Shown one piece after another: positions 40,929-54,524 of a DNA stretch of 64,000 nt. The translations under genes were made by a program, and so were the position numbers. This stretch comes from Cirrosporium novae-zelandiae. Its lineage: Eukaryota. Location of the stretch: assembly GCA_026023565.1 (NCBI GenBank), contig JAPETS010000011.1:248001-312000 (forward strand), given 5' to 3'. How positions within the stretch are numbered: position 1 is the first letter of the stretch; each line of letters begins with the position of its first letter. The notes beneath the pieces were generated by a model that saw only the letters and a list, made by a program, of their open reading frames with translations, was not told the DNA's origin and made no database searches.

Positions 40929-41454
40929 TATTTACCTGAAAAAGGTCGCATTGATTGAGGAATTCTTGGAGAGAAATTAAAGAGTAATACCTGCAATATT
41001 CGTGGGTGGAGGAGAGCGGAGAGATTGTTGTAGCTGGACCGCCATGACGGCCCAGATGTTGATACTGACAAAGTTGATTACTTACTAAAAATTACGCCAT
41101 TACAAATGCCGTCAATGCACGTGCCAGGAAATTCACAGTTCATCCCGTTAGTCTACAGTCTAACCACTTTTGACGCCTAATCCCGATTGGTCATTACGAA
41201 GAGAAACAACCTGCAAGGACTGTCCTATCCTGCAGGCTGCAGCATATTAGATAATACATAGACTACTTGATGCGTCTGAATTATGATAGCATCTCAACCA
41301 TAAACCATCGATACACCCTCATCTTTCCCAATAAACACTAGGTTCCAATTAATACACCTGTAGAACATGTACCATGGGTTCAACCATTCAATCGTCAACC
41401 GACACGTCTAGAAAATCAAAAAATGGTTATAGAAGCTGAGATCCATCCCATATT

Positions 41455-44400
41455 CTAAAAACCAAAGCTGTCCAACAGCGAGTTCGCATCAGGTTCCTCA
41501 AACACCGTTGGGACCTGCTTCTGGCCTGCTTTCATCATCTCTGGTGGCGGGAGTTTCGGACTCTGGAGGTCATCCACCACAAGACTCGCTCTGCGTCGTA
41601 GCATCTGCCGAGGGTCAAACGGCACCGACAATGTCTGCTGCTTGGATTCTGGAGGCTGTTGCAAGAATTCCCAATTGCGCACTGCGATGAAAAATGTCAG
41701 TCACATCTTCTTAGCAAACCCAGCCATTGTTGGTTGCAACATACCTAGGTCCAATGCAAGAATATCACAGCCCATACGGTCATAGAGTCTAGCATTTCGA
41801 ATAATGAAATCCCATTCAGCCTGGCGAGGAACTCTCGAGGCACCCTTGAGGGTAGACACTGTCTTCTCTCGCAGCTGTTTGTATAGTATAACCAAGGCAG
41901 GGTCGTTCCCCAGATATGATTTTGAGTGCATACCGGGAGATTCTGGTGTCTCAAGCAGGGTATGGATAGGCGACTGTGTTATCATTAATTTTGGTCAGCA
42001 GCCAGTTATAGGATATAATGGCTTACAATTAGCGTGCGCACAGCAAGATCTCGTCTGTTCAACATCCAAAACGCCCAAGATGCTAACCATCGATTACCTT
42101 CATTAGCAGCCTCAGGAAGGATCTTCTCTTCCAGAAGTTCTCGGAAGACGGGACTGTTATCTCCTTCGTACGTCCGAGCAATGGCAATCCCAAGCTGAAG
42201 ATCATTGAGCTGGTTATAGCAGACATTAACGGCATCTCGAAGATTTCCTGCTAATAGGAAGAACGCCGCAGCATAATCTATGATGATATGAGAATCAGGT
42301 TCATTGAGTAAGTGAAGGTGAGAGTAATTACGGTATCGGTGCTTGCCTAGCAGGGCGTATGCATTTTTTAATGCAGCTGTTTTCCATCGAGTCTCTTGAA
42401 AATTGTTTGCCAACAATCGTTTTGTAGAAGCCTGCTCCTGGTGCCAAGCAGCCATCCTCCAGAGCCCTTGCAGAACATTCTTCTTCTTTAAAGCCAGATA
42501 ATAGAGACTGCAGTCAACAGGATTCTTTTCATCGGTTTTTGTATACTCGTTTCGAGCGATTATCTCCATTTGCGCTTTCTGAAGTATATGAGGACTTGGA
42601 TCTCTTCAAATTGGTCTAGTGAAGACTTACCAAGGCCGCAGGGTCCGTGATCCAGATAAACATCCCACACTCTCTTGCATGTTCCCAAAGCACTTTACCA
42701 TTGAACTGCCGAGACGTCTGGTCAAGAAGGATATCTTGACTCTCACTATGAAAAGCACATACAACTTCGCGCCATGAAATGGTTACTTTCTCAGAGGGGT
42801 CGTGACTTCTTCGAAGCATATGTTGGCGGAAAAAGACCAAGAACCTAGCAGCGTTGTCGTCTAAAGCACGCCGGAGCTTAGAGACTGTGGCAGAACACTC
42901 GATAATGTCAGCAAGATAAATCTGTTCACGGCTTGATAAATGAGGCAGAGCGTATTTAGCGAGGTTTTCCGTCACAGAAGCGGCAACGTCTTCAGTCACC
43001 TCTCCAGGTTCATCGTCATCCGAAAAATCTGCGTATGATGAGTTCATCTCCTTCCGTATAGAACCATTCATTGCCTAGGGGGATTAGTTTTGGGTCATGA
43101 ACAATGTTAGCGATTAACAGAGATACACACCTGCTGCTCAATAAAAAAGTCTCCTGTAGGGATATCCAGGAAAGTATCAATTTCATCCCCTTCTACAAAG
43201 AATTTCAAAGTCTTGTTGAGATTAAGAATGATCCGACGGACTAGATCACTCTTCCCAGCAAGAATGCACTGAGCCAAGAATTGCGGATGAAAAACAGGCA
43301 GTGGTCCATTCAGACGTTGGACGACATCGAACATATCAGCAGAGACACTCCGAGGTGACGTCAGTCTGTAATCATTGGCTAGGTTATCTGTAACAGCAAT
43401 GGTTTTGTCATAAACGTAAAGCTGGTTGCCACAACCAACCACAACATTCCCATCGCTCAGCCAGCAGGAGTCTCCAATTGGGTGAGGGCTGAGATCTCTA
43501 ACCCGAATCTCGCGGATTGTAGTCCAAGCAGGTTTAACGCTGAGATAGTCATATCGTAACTGAGATAGTAAAAGAACTCTGTGCGGGAAGCCAACGGCTA
43601 AGATAGACTGCGTATCTGGAGTAGATGTCCAATCGAGATCCTGAATGGTTTCTTCGGAAAAGTGCTGTTCGTGTTCTAGCTGAGTATCCCGAGTATCCCA
43701 GATTGTTAATCCGGTCTTACTTGAATCAATAAGTGCGGTTTTATGGATTGAACTTCCACTAGCAAGAGTTGGGTTTTCGACTCCTGTTTCAACGGTAGAT
43801 GTGAGCAACCATTCCACTTTTGTTTTTGTTGGATCTACTCTGGTAGTCCACGTCCTCAAAATACCACTATTAGTATAAGCAAGGACGACATCACGAGCAA
43901 AGGGATCCAAAAATCCCGAAATAGTATCTTCAGATCCGGCTGGGTCTACAGGAAGAACAAAAGAAAGGTCGTCCTTTAATCCTAAGTCAAATGTGAAAAA
44001 TTGTTTCAAGATTGGTTCCTGAAGAGTTGTTTTGGAGTCCCTTCGTTTTCTTGCCGCGGAAATTTGCACTTCCCAAGCAATTCCTTTCATATCTGATCCT
44101 ATTGTGGCAACATGAGCGATATTCTTGTCCACAGTTGACTGGGGAATAATAATGATGCACAATGGTTTGCCACTTAACGAATATTCACATGATGCTATCT
44201 TGGATGCTCTAAACGATCGAGTATCCCATAAGGCGATCTTATGGTGATGTAGATTTATTAGGAATTCACCCTCGCCAAGAAAGCAGAACCTATGAATATG
44301 TTCCTCTGCTGCAAAGGAGCTGGCTCTGGAGAGAACTGTGCCATCTTTAGAGTTTCTTTTTTTCCAAACAAGGACCTCGTTATCGTCGGTCCGAGAGACA

Positions 44401-45793
44401 ACTGCTTTACCACTAACATTCCGTATAATCTTCTTTATAGGGCCGCTATGCCCTGACCACAGAGCTTTTGAATGTAAGCGGCCAGCTCGCGGCGACGGAT
44501 CAAATAAGTGGTCGACCTTGCCCTCAAGCCATTCAATCCTACCATCGAAAAAATGACCAAGTATGGTTATGGTGCCGTTGGACTGGTCACCGCAGAAGCC
44601 ATAAAACTGAGCATAGTCAGACATGGGTGGTGCATGTTGCATGAATGGAATATTTAAGCCTTCAATGTGAGCAATGTTATAGATATTGCTTGATGTACGA
44701 GTCTTGGACCCAATATTCTCAATACCCCAGGCAGACATATGTCCTTTCTGATCCAAGATAATACATACTTCCGGATTTCGATTTGCAATCTCGATTAGAC
44801 GATCTAGTGCATGTTGATCTTTCTCACTCGTAGCTCCTGTCTGAACAGCTTTTTCTGTCGCTAAGGTGAAATCTCGTCCGTCGATGATGAAGGCAGCTCT
44901 TGAATTTGACACGTTGCAAGGATCTAACGTCCGCGGCTGTATTGAGGCCAATAAATCAATCTCGGCCCAGAGTTGTAAAGTTTGGAGAGCACTCCTATCA
45001 AAACCTGCCCATATTCTGAGTTTATTGTCCGCGCACAATGTATAAAGTATATTAGGGACGGCTTGCTCTCGGTGAAAAGGACGCCGCCAATGCATACCCG
45101 TAACAGCAGCAGGGTGGTGGGCGTACGTGAAATCGAATCGATTCGTATCGGCAACGGCAGACAATCGTCGCCATATCTTCAACATACGGTCGTAGGAACC
45201 ACAAGATGCGATGAGACCGGCATCATAGGAAAACTCGGCGAATTTCACGGGGCTTGGCAGCTGCTGCGACCATATTTCTGTCGGAGTATCCGTAATAGCA
45301 TAGAGCGTAAGTTGCGATCGTCCAACGAGCAGCTCGTCGGACAAACCCCAGGAAAGGGTGACATCCAAGGCAGGATCAGGGGGTAATTGAACTGTCCCAT
45401 ACAAAGACCACTACCAGCTGTAAGCTCAATGAATGATGAGACCTATTGGCTGACAAGCAGTACCCTTAACACACCTTCCTCCTTCCCATGAGGTCTGTAT
45501 ATGTATAACTGCGCCTGTGAAGCCACCACAAACTTCCCAGAATCTTCATCCAATGCTATCGCTTGAAGTTCCTCGTCCTCATTGTGATAAATTGTTTGGA
45601 GCAGCGTGTGTGCCCCTCCGAGGATGACCAGCGCATTGCCGGATATATATGCCTAGAGTGGAGAGAAACAGTCAGTTCATGCCAATGATTGGCGTCGCCA
45701 ATTAGCACTCACAACCACTCGACTGCCCTCCCAGCAGGCGGTACAGAGGGCTTGGAGCTTCGCCTGTGGCCTTCCTGGCAATACCGCTCGCAT
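41455..45793 (-). CDS. RAV1: RAVE complex WD-repeat subunit (V-ATPase assembly)
   Basis: MRAVLPGRPQAKLQA start, WD repeats, LNGPLPVFHPQFLAQC and WKTAALKNAYALLGK. Introns 45653-45712, 45411-45463, 43075-43130, 42579-42630, 42278-42331, 41974-42026, 41682-41744. Confidence 0.92.
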
Positions 45794-46479
45794 AAGAAAA
45801 GTTTGATAAGTCTGCTACCTTAGTGGCAGCATATCGCAATGTTGTTTAGCTGATTTGGGGGGGTTGCGGGGAGGAAAAAGTGTACGAAAGCGCAGGTTAT
45901 GTTTCTGTCGTTTGTTGAAGCTTCCAAGAGAGATGACCGCGTCACGCGAGAGATGAGCAGGGTTGAAGCAACCCCTTCATGGACATTTCCTCCAAAGTTC
46001 ACTGTTGAGAATTTTATCTACGTAATTGTGCTACAACCCATCTTATCTTCCTCAGTCTACCATATGGACTAACTAATTTTATAGACGCCGTTTATAACCC
46101 CCCCCATAGATGTTGAGAGATTCCTACAACTTCAATATTCATCACCAAAGCTTGGGAAACGAGGTAATTATTTCTAAGCTTGTTCCACAATAGTAGATAA
46201 TAAAAAAATAATAGTTAATCCAAGCCATTGTAATTATCAATTAAGATTCCTAAGCTATATCGTAAGGCAGTCATAGATTTTCTCCTTCCTTTTTTATGCC
46301 CATCATTCCAAACAGCCACCAGCTGGGCTGTGGTTCACAATATCCAACTTAATCCCGAAGACCAAATTCCCATCAGTCATAAAACGCCTGCAGAAAGGGT
46401 ATCTCGAGCAACCCATCTATCAAACACCTATACCAACATGTAAACATCACACCTCGCCCTATGTACCCTCAGTCATACA

Positions 46480-49400
46480 CTATTCCCCCTCCTGTTCTTC
46501 AATGCCTTCAAACATCGTACCCCCACGCTCTATCCTCTCTTTATTCCCTCTCTCTTCTCCTCTACCCCCAATTCCATTTAATCCGCCGATACTCCTCCCG
46601 AACCTTTCTACCCCTCCAACCGAATTTCCAAATCTAAGATTTCCATAGGTCCACGCAGATCCAGCTCCACCAGGACCGTCTTTAGGTTCAGTCATAAGTC
46701 CCCTTCTCTGCTTCCCACCTGTTGTTGGGAGACCAAATGGCGTTCCAAGTGGTGTGCGGGAACTTGCGGGGGTGGTGGTAAGACGCTCGAGGGCTCTAGC
46801 GCGGGCAGTACGTTTTGAGGGTGTGTTGAGGTAGCCAGGAACTGGCGTTTTACTCGCAGTGATTGTTCTTCCAAAGGTCCTTCCCGTAATAGTGGAACCC
46901 GGGGGTTGTAGTGTTGCGCTACGGAGAGTGGTCGAAAGCCTAAAAGGTTCCCTCTCGTCGATAATGTTTTCAGCCCCCGTAATAGAAGGTACATGTCCCG
47001 CCGGAGGGATGTCTGAGAAAATGTCGGGCCAATCATCCTTCCCTTCGTTATCATTCCCATCGTCATCATCTCTGTTATCTCCATATCCGCGGTGAGAGGC
47101 TACTATGCTAGGACTCCGACGCTGCCTTGTCCTTTCCGACCAGTACCTTAACAGGCTCCTAAAATGCTTTTTCTGGTTTCGATCTTTCAGCGCCGCTGCA
47201 GTGCCCTCCCGCGTATGAAGCTGGAATACCGTCATACTAAGCTTCCTCATCGCCGTGGATGCTGAAAAGAGGGTGTGAACTTGGACAAAGGAGCGTGCTT
47301 GCGCCTCCGTCTGCTGAAGGCGTTGGGCAGTGGAGGTTAAGCGACGGAGAGTTTGCGCTTGGAGGGTGTGCATGTAGTAATCTGCAGATTGGACTTCGAG
47401 ACTGGCGAGACGAGTGCTACGTGCACACCAGGTATCGAAACAACGGATCCCCGAACCGATAGAATGATTCTGGGAGAACTCTTCGGCCTGATGTTTCATT
47501 GTAATAATAGTATTTGCCTTGGCTCTCCATGTTCCGATTGTGATCATTGCTATATTAGTTTTGATCCTCCGTCGGATATGAGAGTAAGCATTCCTACGTT
47601 TCTGTCGTTTTGAATGTTCAGTAGCTGCATGTAAGCATCTGAGGAACTCAGTTGTGCTGAAGAAAAAGCGGGCGTCAATCGCCCAGCGATTGAGTTGTTG
47701 GTAATGCAAGAGTCGATTTTGTGTGACAGCGAAGGCCGTGCGACCCAACTTATTCGAATATTGACGGCGGGCTATCTGATCATACCGTGTTTGAGTTTGA
47801 TACAAGCTCCTCCAAGCGTCAATTGTAGTACGAAGAAGACGCTGTTGACGGTTTGTAACCATTGCCTCCGCTTGAGCGTTGAGAGTATCGCGACGATGCT
47901 TGGAACTAGTTATCAACTTTCGTAGTATTGATCTCTTCGACCATCTCTCCGACTGTCTTTTGAGAAGAGCAGCTCGGGAGGCTATGATCCATCGATATAA
48001 CGCTTGGAGAATAAGTCGCTCGTCTACACGAGCCACAAGCGTACGCATCCGAAGCTGATCATTCCAGGTTGTCAATGCATTCCGAAGAATACGCTGCCTA
48101 TAAACTCCAGCTGCCTGACGCTGCATCCGCGTTTGATAAAGCCAGGTCGAAGTGACTCTAAAGATGATTTGCCACGCAACTCTATTTGATACCTCGCGAT
48201 ATATAGGCCCAAGTCTTGCTTGCGTATTCCATTCTTTGAATAGCGTCCCGAACGCTTTTCTCCTAGTGAAAGATTCGGCTTGTTGTTTATCAACTGTGAA
48301 TTTTCGTGCTTTGTTTACCAAAACTCGCAAGACGTGTTGCTTAACACTCCTATTGTGATAATCCTCAGCCCACCTACAGAGCCGTTGATTCATACTAGTT
48401 TTGTTGGTCCAAATACCGAAAAATCGCCATTCTGCACGCACATCTCTCCACTCGGTCGCTCGTCGGTCCTGATGAACTTGACGCCATTTCAACAAGCCGT
48501 CCTTCATCAAATGCACTTCATAGACAGATTGGGCCGTGATCTGATCATTGACCGATTGGAGGTACTTATTTCTCCACCTACTGAAATGGCACTGTTCTTG
48601 GTGTCTCTTTGCTTTGAGATCGTTTATAGCAGTAATATCACGCCAAGCAGTAAAGTATTTATGCCTTAGAATGTGCCGTCGAGCTAAGTGTGTTTCTGAG
48701 ATCCGCGCAGCTGCGATACGTTGCCAATGGGTCAGAGCTTTCCCAGCCCATATATTACCTCTGGCTCTCTCTGCGCGCCTCTCCATTATGCTCCATCGTC
48801 TTTCCTCCTCCTCGGTAGCTCGTTTAACCTCAGTAGCCCTACGCCATAGTGCAAAGCTTTGCGCTTTGAGGGTCCGTCGGTCGGTTTCGTATGCAGTATT
48901 TTCCAATTGCTGTTGATACGCCCGATGCTGGAGAGCTTTATCACGCCAAGCTCGCAGAGAATTGCGGGCAACAACAGCGACGCGCATATCATCGAGAACT
49001 TCGGCATCTCGTTCGATTTGTGTATCCGAAGGATGATAAGCGAGGCCTCGCCGAGGGGATGCTTCCCATGGCAAGTTGCTAGCCGTTGTTGTAAGGCCAG
49101 TGGGATCGGCTGTGTGGTGACTAGACGAGGTAGTTGAAGCCACACGAGAGGAGGGTCGTACCTCTGGACGATCCCGGGAGCGAGATCTCCGCCAGATTGT
49201 AGGCTCTCGCGTGCCAGATACCGACCGATCTCTCCTTTGTAGATGAAATCTATTTGCTGTGTTCCCATTCCCTTTCATCCAAGTTCTGTCTGGCAACGCC
49301 TGTAGATACTGCCCTTGTGGCTGATGTCCCAGCTCCCGGGCCTCTTCAGGTTTCTTCTCTGGCTGAGGAGCTTCGGAACTTGTGGGCTGTATTGGCGATG

Positions 49401-50031
49401 CATCAAGTGTAAGTTGGGTTCTAGAGGGGGAGTGAGATGCAGCGCGCCGCCGGGGAAGCTTCGGCCGACGTCCTCGAGATGGATCGACCGAATTCCGACG
49501 TCGCGACCTGCGAGTATGGCTTTGGTCTGCAACTGATGTATTCTGATCCCCAACCTCGAGCTCAGTCCCTTGCGTCCCCCCGTAAGACAAGCTAGTATAG
49601 CCCTGTGGTGGATTGTTCGGATCGATCTCCAGGAGAATCCCCTGCTCCTCCAATAATATTTCAAACTTTTCATACAAAGATCCTCCTGGTAAGGACTTGT
49701 CGCCCAGTTGTAGGACGAACCGTAAAATAACTTGATCCCGATCTTTATCAATGCCATTTCTCTCCAATACCAGCTCATAAGCTGCGAATAATGCTTTGAA
49801 AGTCCCTTGCTCGAGCCCAGGGTCATGCGCGGCGGTAACAACAATGTCATGAAGGATAGCAACATCTACAAAAGTCAGTTAGATGACGAAAAAGTATACA
49901 ACGTGGAGTCAAGCGGGTCGAACCATTGTCGGTAATAAAATCAGGGTCGTCTGCGCTGATTTCGATTTCAGCCTGCCGTAGCAATGGATTCATCGACAGT
50001 CCTTACGCCTTGGACGCGTTTCCAAAGGCAT
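46480..50031 (-). CDS. SFI1: Spindle pole body half-bridge protein with Trp-containing centrin-binding repeats
   Basis: Many L/F-x-x-W repeats in a basic helical region (LRAWR, FALWR, LTHWQ, FTAWR, FSRWR, FKEWN, LTTWN, IDAWR). Intron 49866-49923. Start uncertain: ATG 50031 with intron 49951-50006, or ATG 49993. Confidence 0.82.
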
Positions 50032-50392
50032 AGAGATGGACAGCAACAAAAGGCATGTCGAAAAATCTGATAGCTGTCGTATGTAGAGCGGCAAGAACTG
50101 AGCATATTATATTCAATAATAGCTAGCAATTAGTTTGAGGAGCAATCGTAGAAGTTTTGCGCCGAGCAAGCTCGCGCGAAAGGCAAAGGAAAGGTGCGTA
50201 GCGGTAACTATGGAATTTCTGTGATTGTTGTCGTGTCTGTATAAGCGAAAAGTTGGTGTCCCTATAAGGGGAGAAAGAACGCACACACCTCACTCTCTAA
50301 AGTTAGAGCCCTGCACCCGTCATCGTCGTTAAAGAACATCACCATTCTACTTTCTTTCTCGACCCTTCAAGCACTTTCACTAAGAACAAAGA

Positions 50393-50677
50393 ATGTCTCC
50401 GAAGCCAAGGCCATTGGATAGACTCGCCAAAGCTGTTGCGAAGTGTCCCGCCGAGGTACGCATGCAGTCTTCCCAATTGCATTCCAATCTAGGGCTGATG
50501 AACAAAGGCATCCGCATACGGCAAATGCATAGTGTCTGACTACAATGCTGTTCACAAGGACAAGTGCTTGACCGAGTTCCTCAAATTAAAGAACTGTTAT
50601 TTAGTGAGTGGCTGCTATACCTTTAATTCAATCATGCTAACTGATCTTGGTACCAGGCCATGATGAAGAAAGCATGA
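50393..50677 (+). CDS. 59-aa twin CX9C protein, NDUFAF8/CHCH-like mitochondrial intermembrane-space protein
   Basis: Exons 50393-50455, 50508-50603, 50657-50677 with GT..AG introns and CTGAT/CTAAC branch sites. Spliced product: MSPKPRPLDRLAKAVAKCPAEASAYGKCIVSDYNAVHKDKCLTEFLKLKNCYLAMMKKA. Confidence 0.85.
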
Positions 50678-50825
50678 AGATTAAAATAGAAAAATACAGT
50701 ATAATTTAGAACATCATCTTCTATTTCTAGCTTAACTTATCCACCAATCATGGGGACTTATCTCTAACATCCCTTTAAAGGCCACTTTTTCGTAAATCGT
50801 GTAACGTCCCATCATGCCTGTCCAT

Positions 50826-53800
50826 TCAAAGCTTTGCCAGCCTCAACATAAAGATCGCCTTTTGGATCTCTTGTTTCTCTTCCGCGATGATAATATCTCC
50901 ATTGTTTTCTGGTATATGCCCATCAATCACTGTAACGATATGCTTATCCACGGGACGTCGTAATGCTTTCTCAATAGTTGAACTATGGTTGACAAAAACA
51001 TCTTCAAGGCCGATCTTATCAGGATCTTCGAGAACTCTGTACTCCATTTTCACATCGTCTGTTGGTACCAAGCCCGCTTTCTTTCTTAGCTGCTGAACTT
51101 TGTTGATGATGGCCCTGGCAATTCCCTCTGCCTCCAGCTCTGGGTACAGTTTTGTATCAAGTATAATGAGTACATCATTGTCGGTATTTGTCTCTAGATG
51201 TTCGAATTCTTTATCTTCTTTGAGTCCTCTCTTGACCCGGAGATCCTCTGAAGCCAACTCAATTCCATCAACGGTAATATGACCCTCAGCAACAAATCTC
51301 TTGACATTGCTGCTGGTAAGCCCTGGCAATGCCTTCTTAACTTTTTGAGCATCCTTCTTAAGTTTTTTTCCAAGCACGGGCCAGTCCGCCGTGACACTAT
51401 ATTGAACGTTATACTTATCTTCGTCTGAAGTCAAGGTTAGGCTGTGAACGTTCAATTCTTCTTCGATGTAGCCTTTAAGCGAGCGGACATCCTCAAGGTA
51501 AGAGGCATCTGGGTGAATGACAGTTAGTTCCTTCAAGGGCGTCTTCAACGAAACACCTTTTCTTTCTCGCGTCACACGAGCAAGTTCAATGACTTTTTGC
51601 ATCCTCCCTACACGTCTTTCCACATATTTATCAAAAAGATGTTCTTTAACCTCAGGGAACGAGAGGAAGTGCACACTTCGAGAATCTTCACCTTGAAGAG
51701 ATTTGGGTATGTACGGGAGTAGCCGCTGGTAAATATTATCTGTCAGGAAAGGGGTGAATGGCGCTAGCCCACGGACGAGTGTAAAGAGAATATCAAAAAG
51801 GGTGTGTAGCGCATGCAGTGTGTCCTCTACGCCTAGTTCACCCTTGAGACGTTTCCGATTAAATCGAATGTACCAGTTAGTAGTATTATCAATCAACCCA
51901 AGAAGTTCAGGGACGACAGTGTAAAGTCGGTATGCTGCCATCTCCTCATTGACGAACTTCAACAAACTCTGACAACTTGCCAATATCCATCTATCTAGGA
52001 TATTTTGATTGGTTTTTCCCGCCTCTGGGTCAAACATATAATCAATATTCTCCACTTTCTTCAGTAATGTGACCTGTCCTTCCCAAAATTTATAACTGTT
52101 CCACAGAGGGAGGAGAACTTTAGCGACGATTTCTTTAACACCGGATTCTTTAAACCGAAGGGGTTCTGCGCGGACTACTGGTGAATTAATCATATAGAGT
52201 CTTAGTGCATCCGATCCATACTTTTCCATAAGCACCGTTGGGTCTGGATAGTTTTTGAGTCGTTTTGACATCTTCTTTCCATCTTCAGCGAGGACGATTC
52301 CATTGACTACACAGTTCTTGAACGGAAGACATCCAAAAAGATGAGTGCCAAGAACTGTAAGAGTATAAAACCATCCCCTAGTCTGATCCAAACCTTCAGC
52401 AATGAAATCTCCAGGGAAACCGTCCATGAAGGTCTCCTTGTTCTCAAACGGGTAGTGCTTTGATGCGTAGGGCATGCTGCCCGATTCAAACCAACAGTCA
52501 AAAACCTCCGGGATACGGTGGAGCTGTCCTTTGCCTTCCTTGCTGGGAATGGTTATGGAATCAATCTTATCTCTATGGAGATCAATGATGTCGCCCTGGA
52601 AGCCACTGAGATCTTTCAGTTCTTGGATGCTTCCAACGCAAATGATCTCTTTGAAATCATCGCTTACCCATAAGGGAATTGGTGTACCCCAATAACGGTT
52701 TCTGGAAATATTCCAGTCTCTAGCATTGGCAATCCAGCTTCCAAACCGATTCTCTTTAACGAAAGATGGGACCCAGTGAGATTTTTCGATATTTTTTAGC
52801 ATATCCGGTATGATGGGGCTAATTTTGACGAACCATGATGAAATGGCTCGATAAATCAATGGGGTGTCGGATCTCCAGCAAAATGGGTAACTGTGAGTAA
52901 TCTGGCTCTCAACAATCAACCGACCTTTATTTTTAAGGTGTTTAATGATAGCCTTGTCAGCGGTTTTCACATGTTGTCCGGCGAAATCACGAACTTCTGC
53001 GGTGAAGCGCCCTTGGTCATCAACAGGATTTGGAGGTAGCCGCTTCTCGCTGATCACGCCAGCCTCAAGTGCCACATTATAATCTTCCTCGCCATATGCA
53101 GGAGCCTGGTGAACCAAACCAACACCACTATCTTTTGTGACATAGGTAGCATTCAAAACTCGGAACCCAACGTCTTTAAACTTTTCATAGAAATAATCAA
53201 ACGGTGGTTCATATCGCCATCCCAACATATCTTTGCCCTTGAAACGTTCCAAGACTTTGTATTTCGCCTTCTTTGGGTCTTTGTATAGCGTTCTCATAAG
53301 ACATTCCAGAAGTATGTAGTTTTTCCCTGATTTTTCATCGAATATCTTCACGTATTCAAAGTCAGGATGAGCGGCCAAACCTAAATGGGAGGGGAGTGTC
53401 CAAGGCGTAGTTGTCCATGCAAGTAGACATGTTTGAGGGTCATCTAAAAGAGGAAATGAGATCACTACGGCAGGATCTTGAGTATCTTTGTAGTTTTGCT
53501 GAGCCTCGAAGTTACTCAAGGGGGTGTTCAGCGCAGTGGAGTAAGGCATGACTCTATATCCCCTGTACACAGCACCCTTATCGAACAGCTGTTTGAAGAC
53601 CCACCATTCCGATTCCATGAAATCTGTGTTCATTGTCTATAAATCTCATCAGTGAGAACATTTATTGAGGTGAGGCACATTACAAAAACACATACTTTGT
53701 AGTCGTTGTCGAAATCAATCCATCGTCCTAACCTGTCAATGGTCCGTCTCCATTCTGAAGAGTAACGCATAACAATGCTTCGACACTCTTCATTATATTT

Positions 53801-54124
53801 GGCTATTCCATATTCTTCGACGGCTTGCTTGCCTGACATCCCAAGTTTCTTATCAATCTCATATTCAATTGGAACACCATGTGTATCCCAGCCAAAACGA
53901 CGTTCGACATAATACCCTTTCATGGACCAATATCGTGGCACAACATCTTTGATCGTAGAGGCAAGAAGGTGGCCATAGTGGGGAAGGCCTGTCGCAAACG
54001 GAGGTCCGTCATAGAAAACATATTGTGGACATCCTTTGGATAACTCGATCTGTCTTTCAAAGGCTTTAATTTCCTTCCATTGCTTCAAAACTCGAGTTTC
54101 TTCCACAGGAAATGAGATCGACAT
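50826..54124 (-). CDS. ILS1: Cytoplasmic isoleucyl-tRNA synthetase
   Basis: [16 protein letters not shown] (HIGH), [29 protein letters not shown] and KMSKR. Intron 53637-53695. Confidence 0.97.
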
Positions 54125-54212
54125 GTTGGGCGTGAGCTATGGGTAGTGACGAGCACTGGTTGAAGGTGGGGTGGTTTTATTTCTTTTAAGATCCCGCACG
54201 TTCGGACAAATG

Positions 54213-54219
54213 TGAGTCA
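54213..54219. promoter_or_regulatory. Gcn4/CpcA response element upstream of ILS1
   Basis: TGAGTCA about 90 nt upstream of ATG 54124. A second TGACTC lies at 54276-54281. Confidence 0.6.
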
Positions 54220-54524
54220 ACTTTCCTTGAAGGCAAATCGCATGCCTCAAAAAAATTGGCAACCTTGTGTTACAGTGACTCCAACTCAAAAAAAAAGTAG
54301 CACTATGATTAGAAATACGAATAATTATTCATAGGAAAACATAAGTACAGTGCAACTATTTACTAGGCGCCCGGACGAGTGATTATGTCGGGGATGAGAT
54401 TTTTCAGAGGTTTCAGGGCTCCTGTGCCCCTAATTTTATTTTCCATATCAAATACTTCGAGTAGACTATTGTATTAACACAACATCCTATACTAGAGCTT
54501 TCCCGATGGTAAAATTGGATATCT

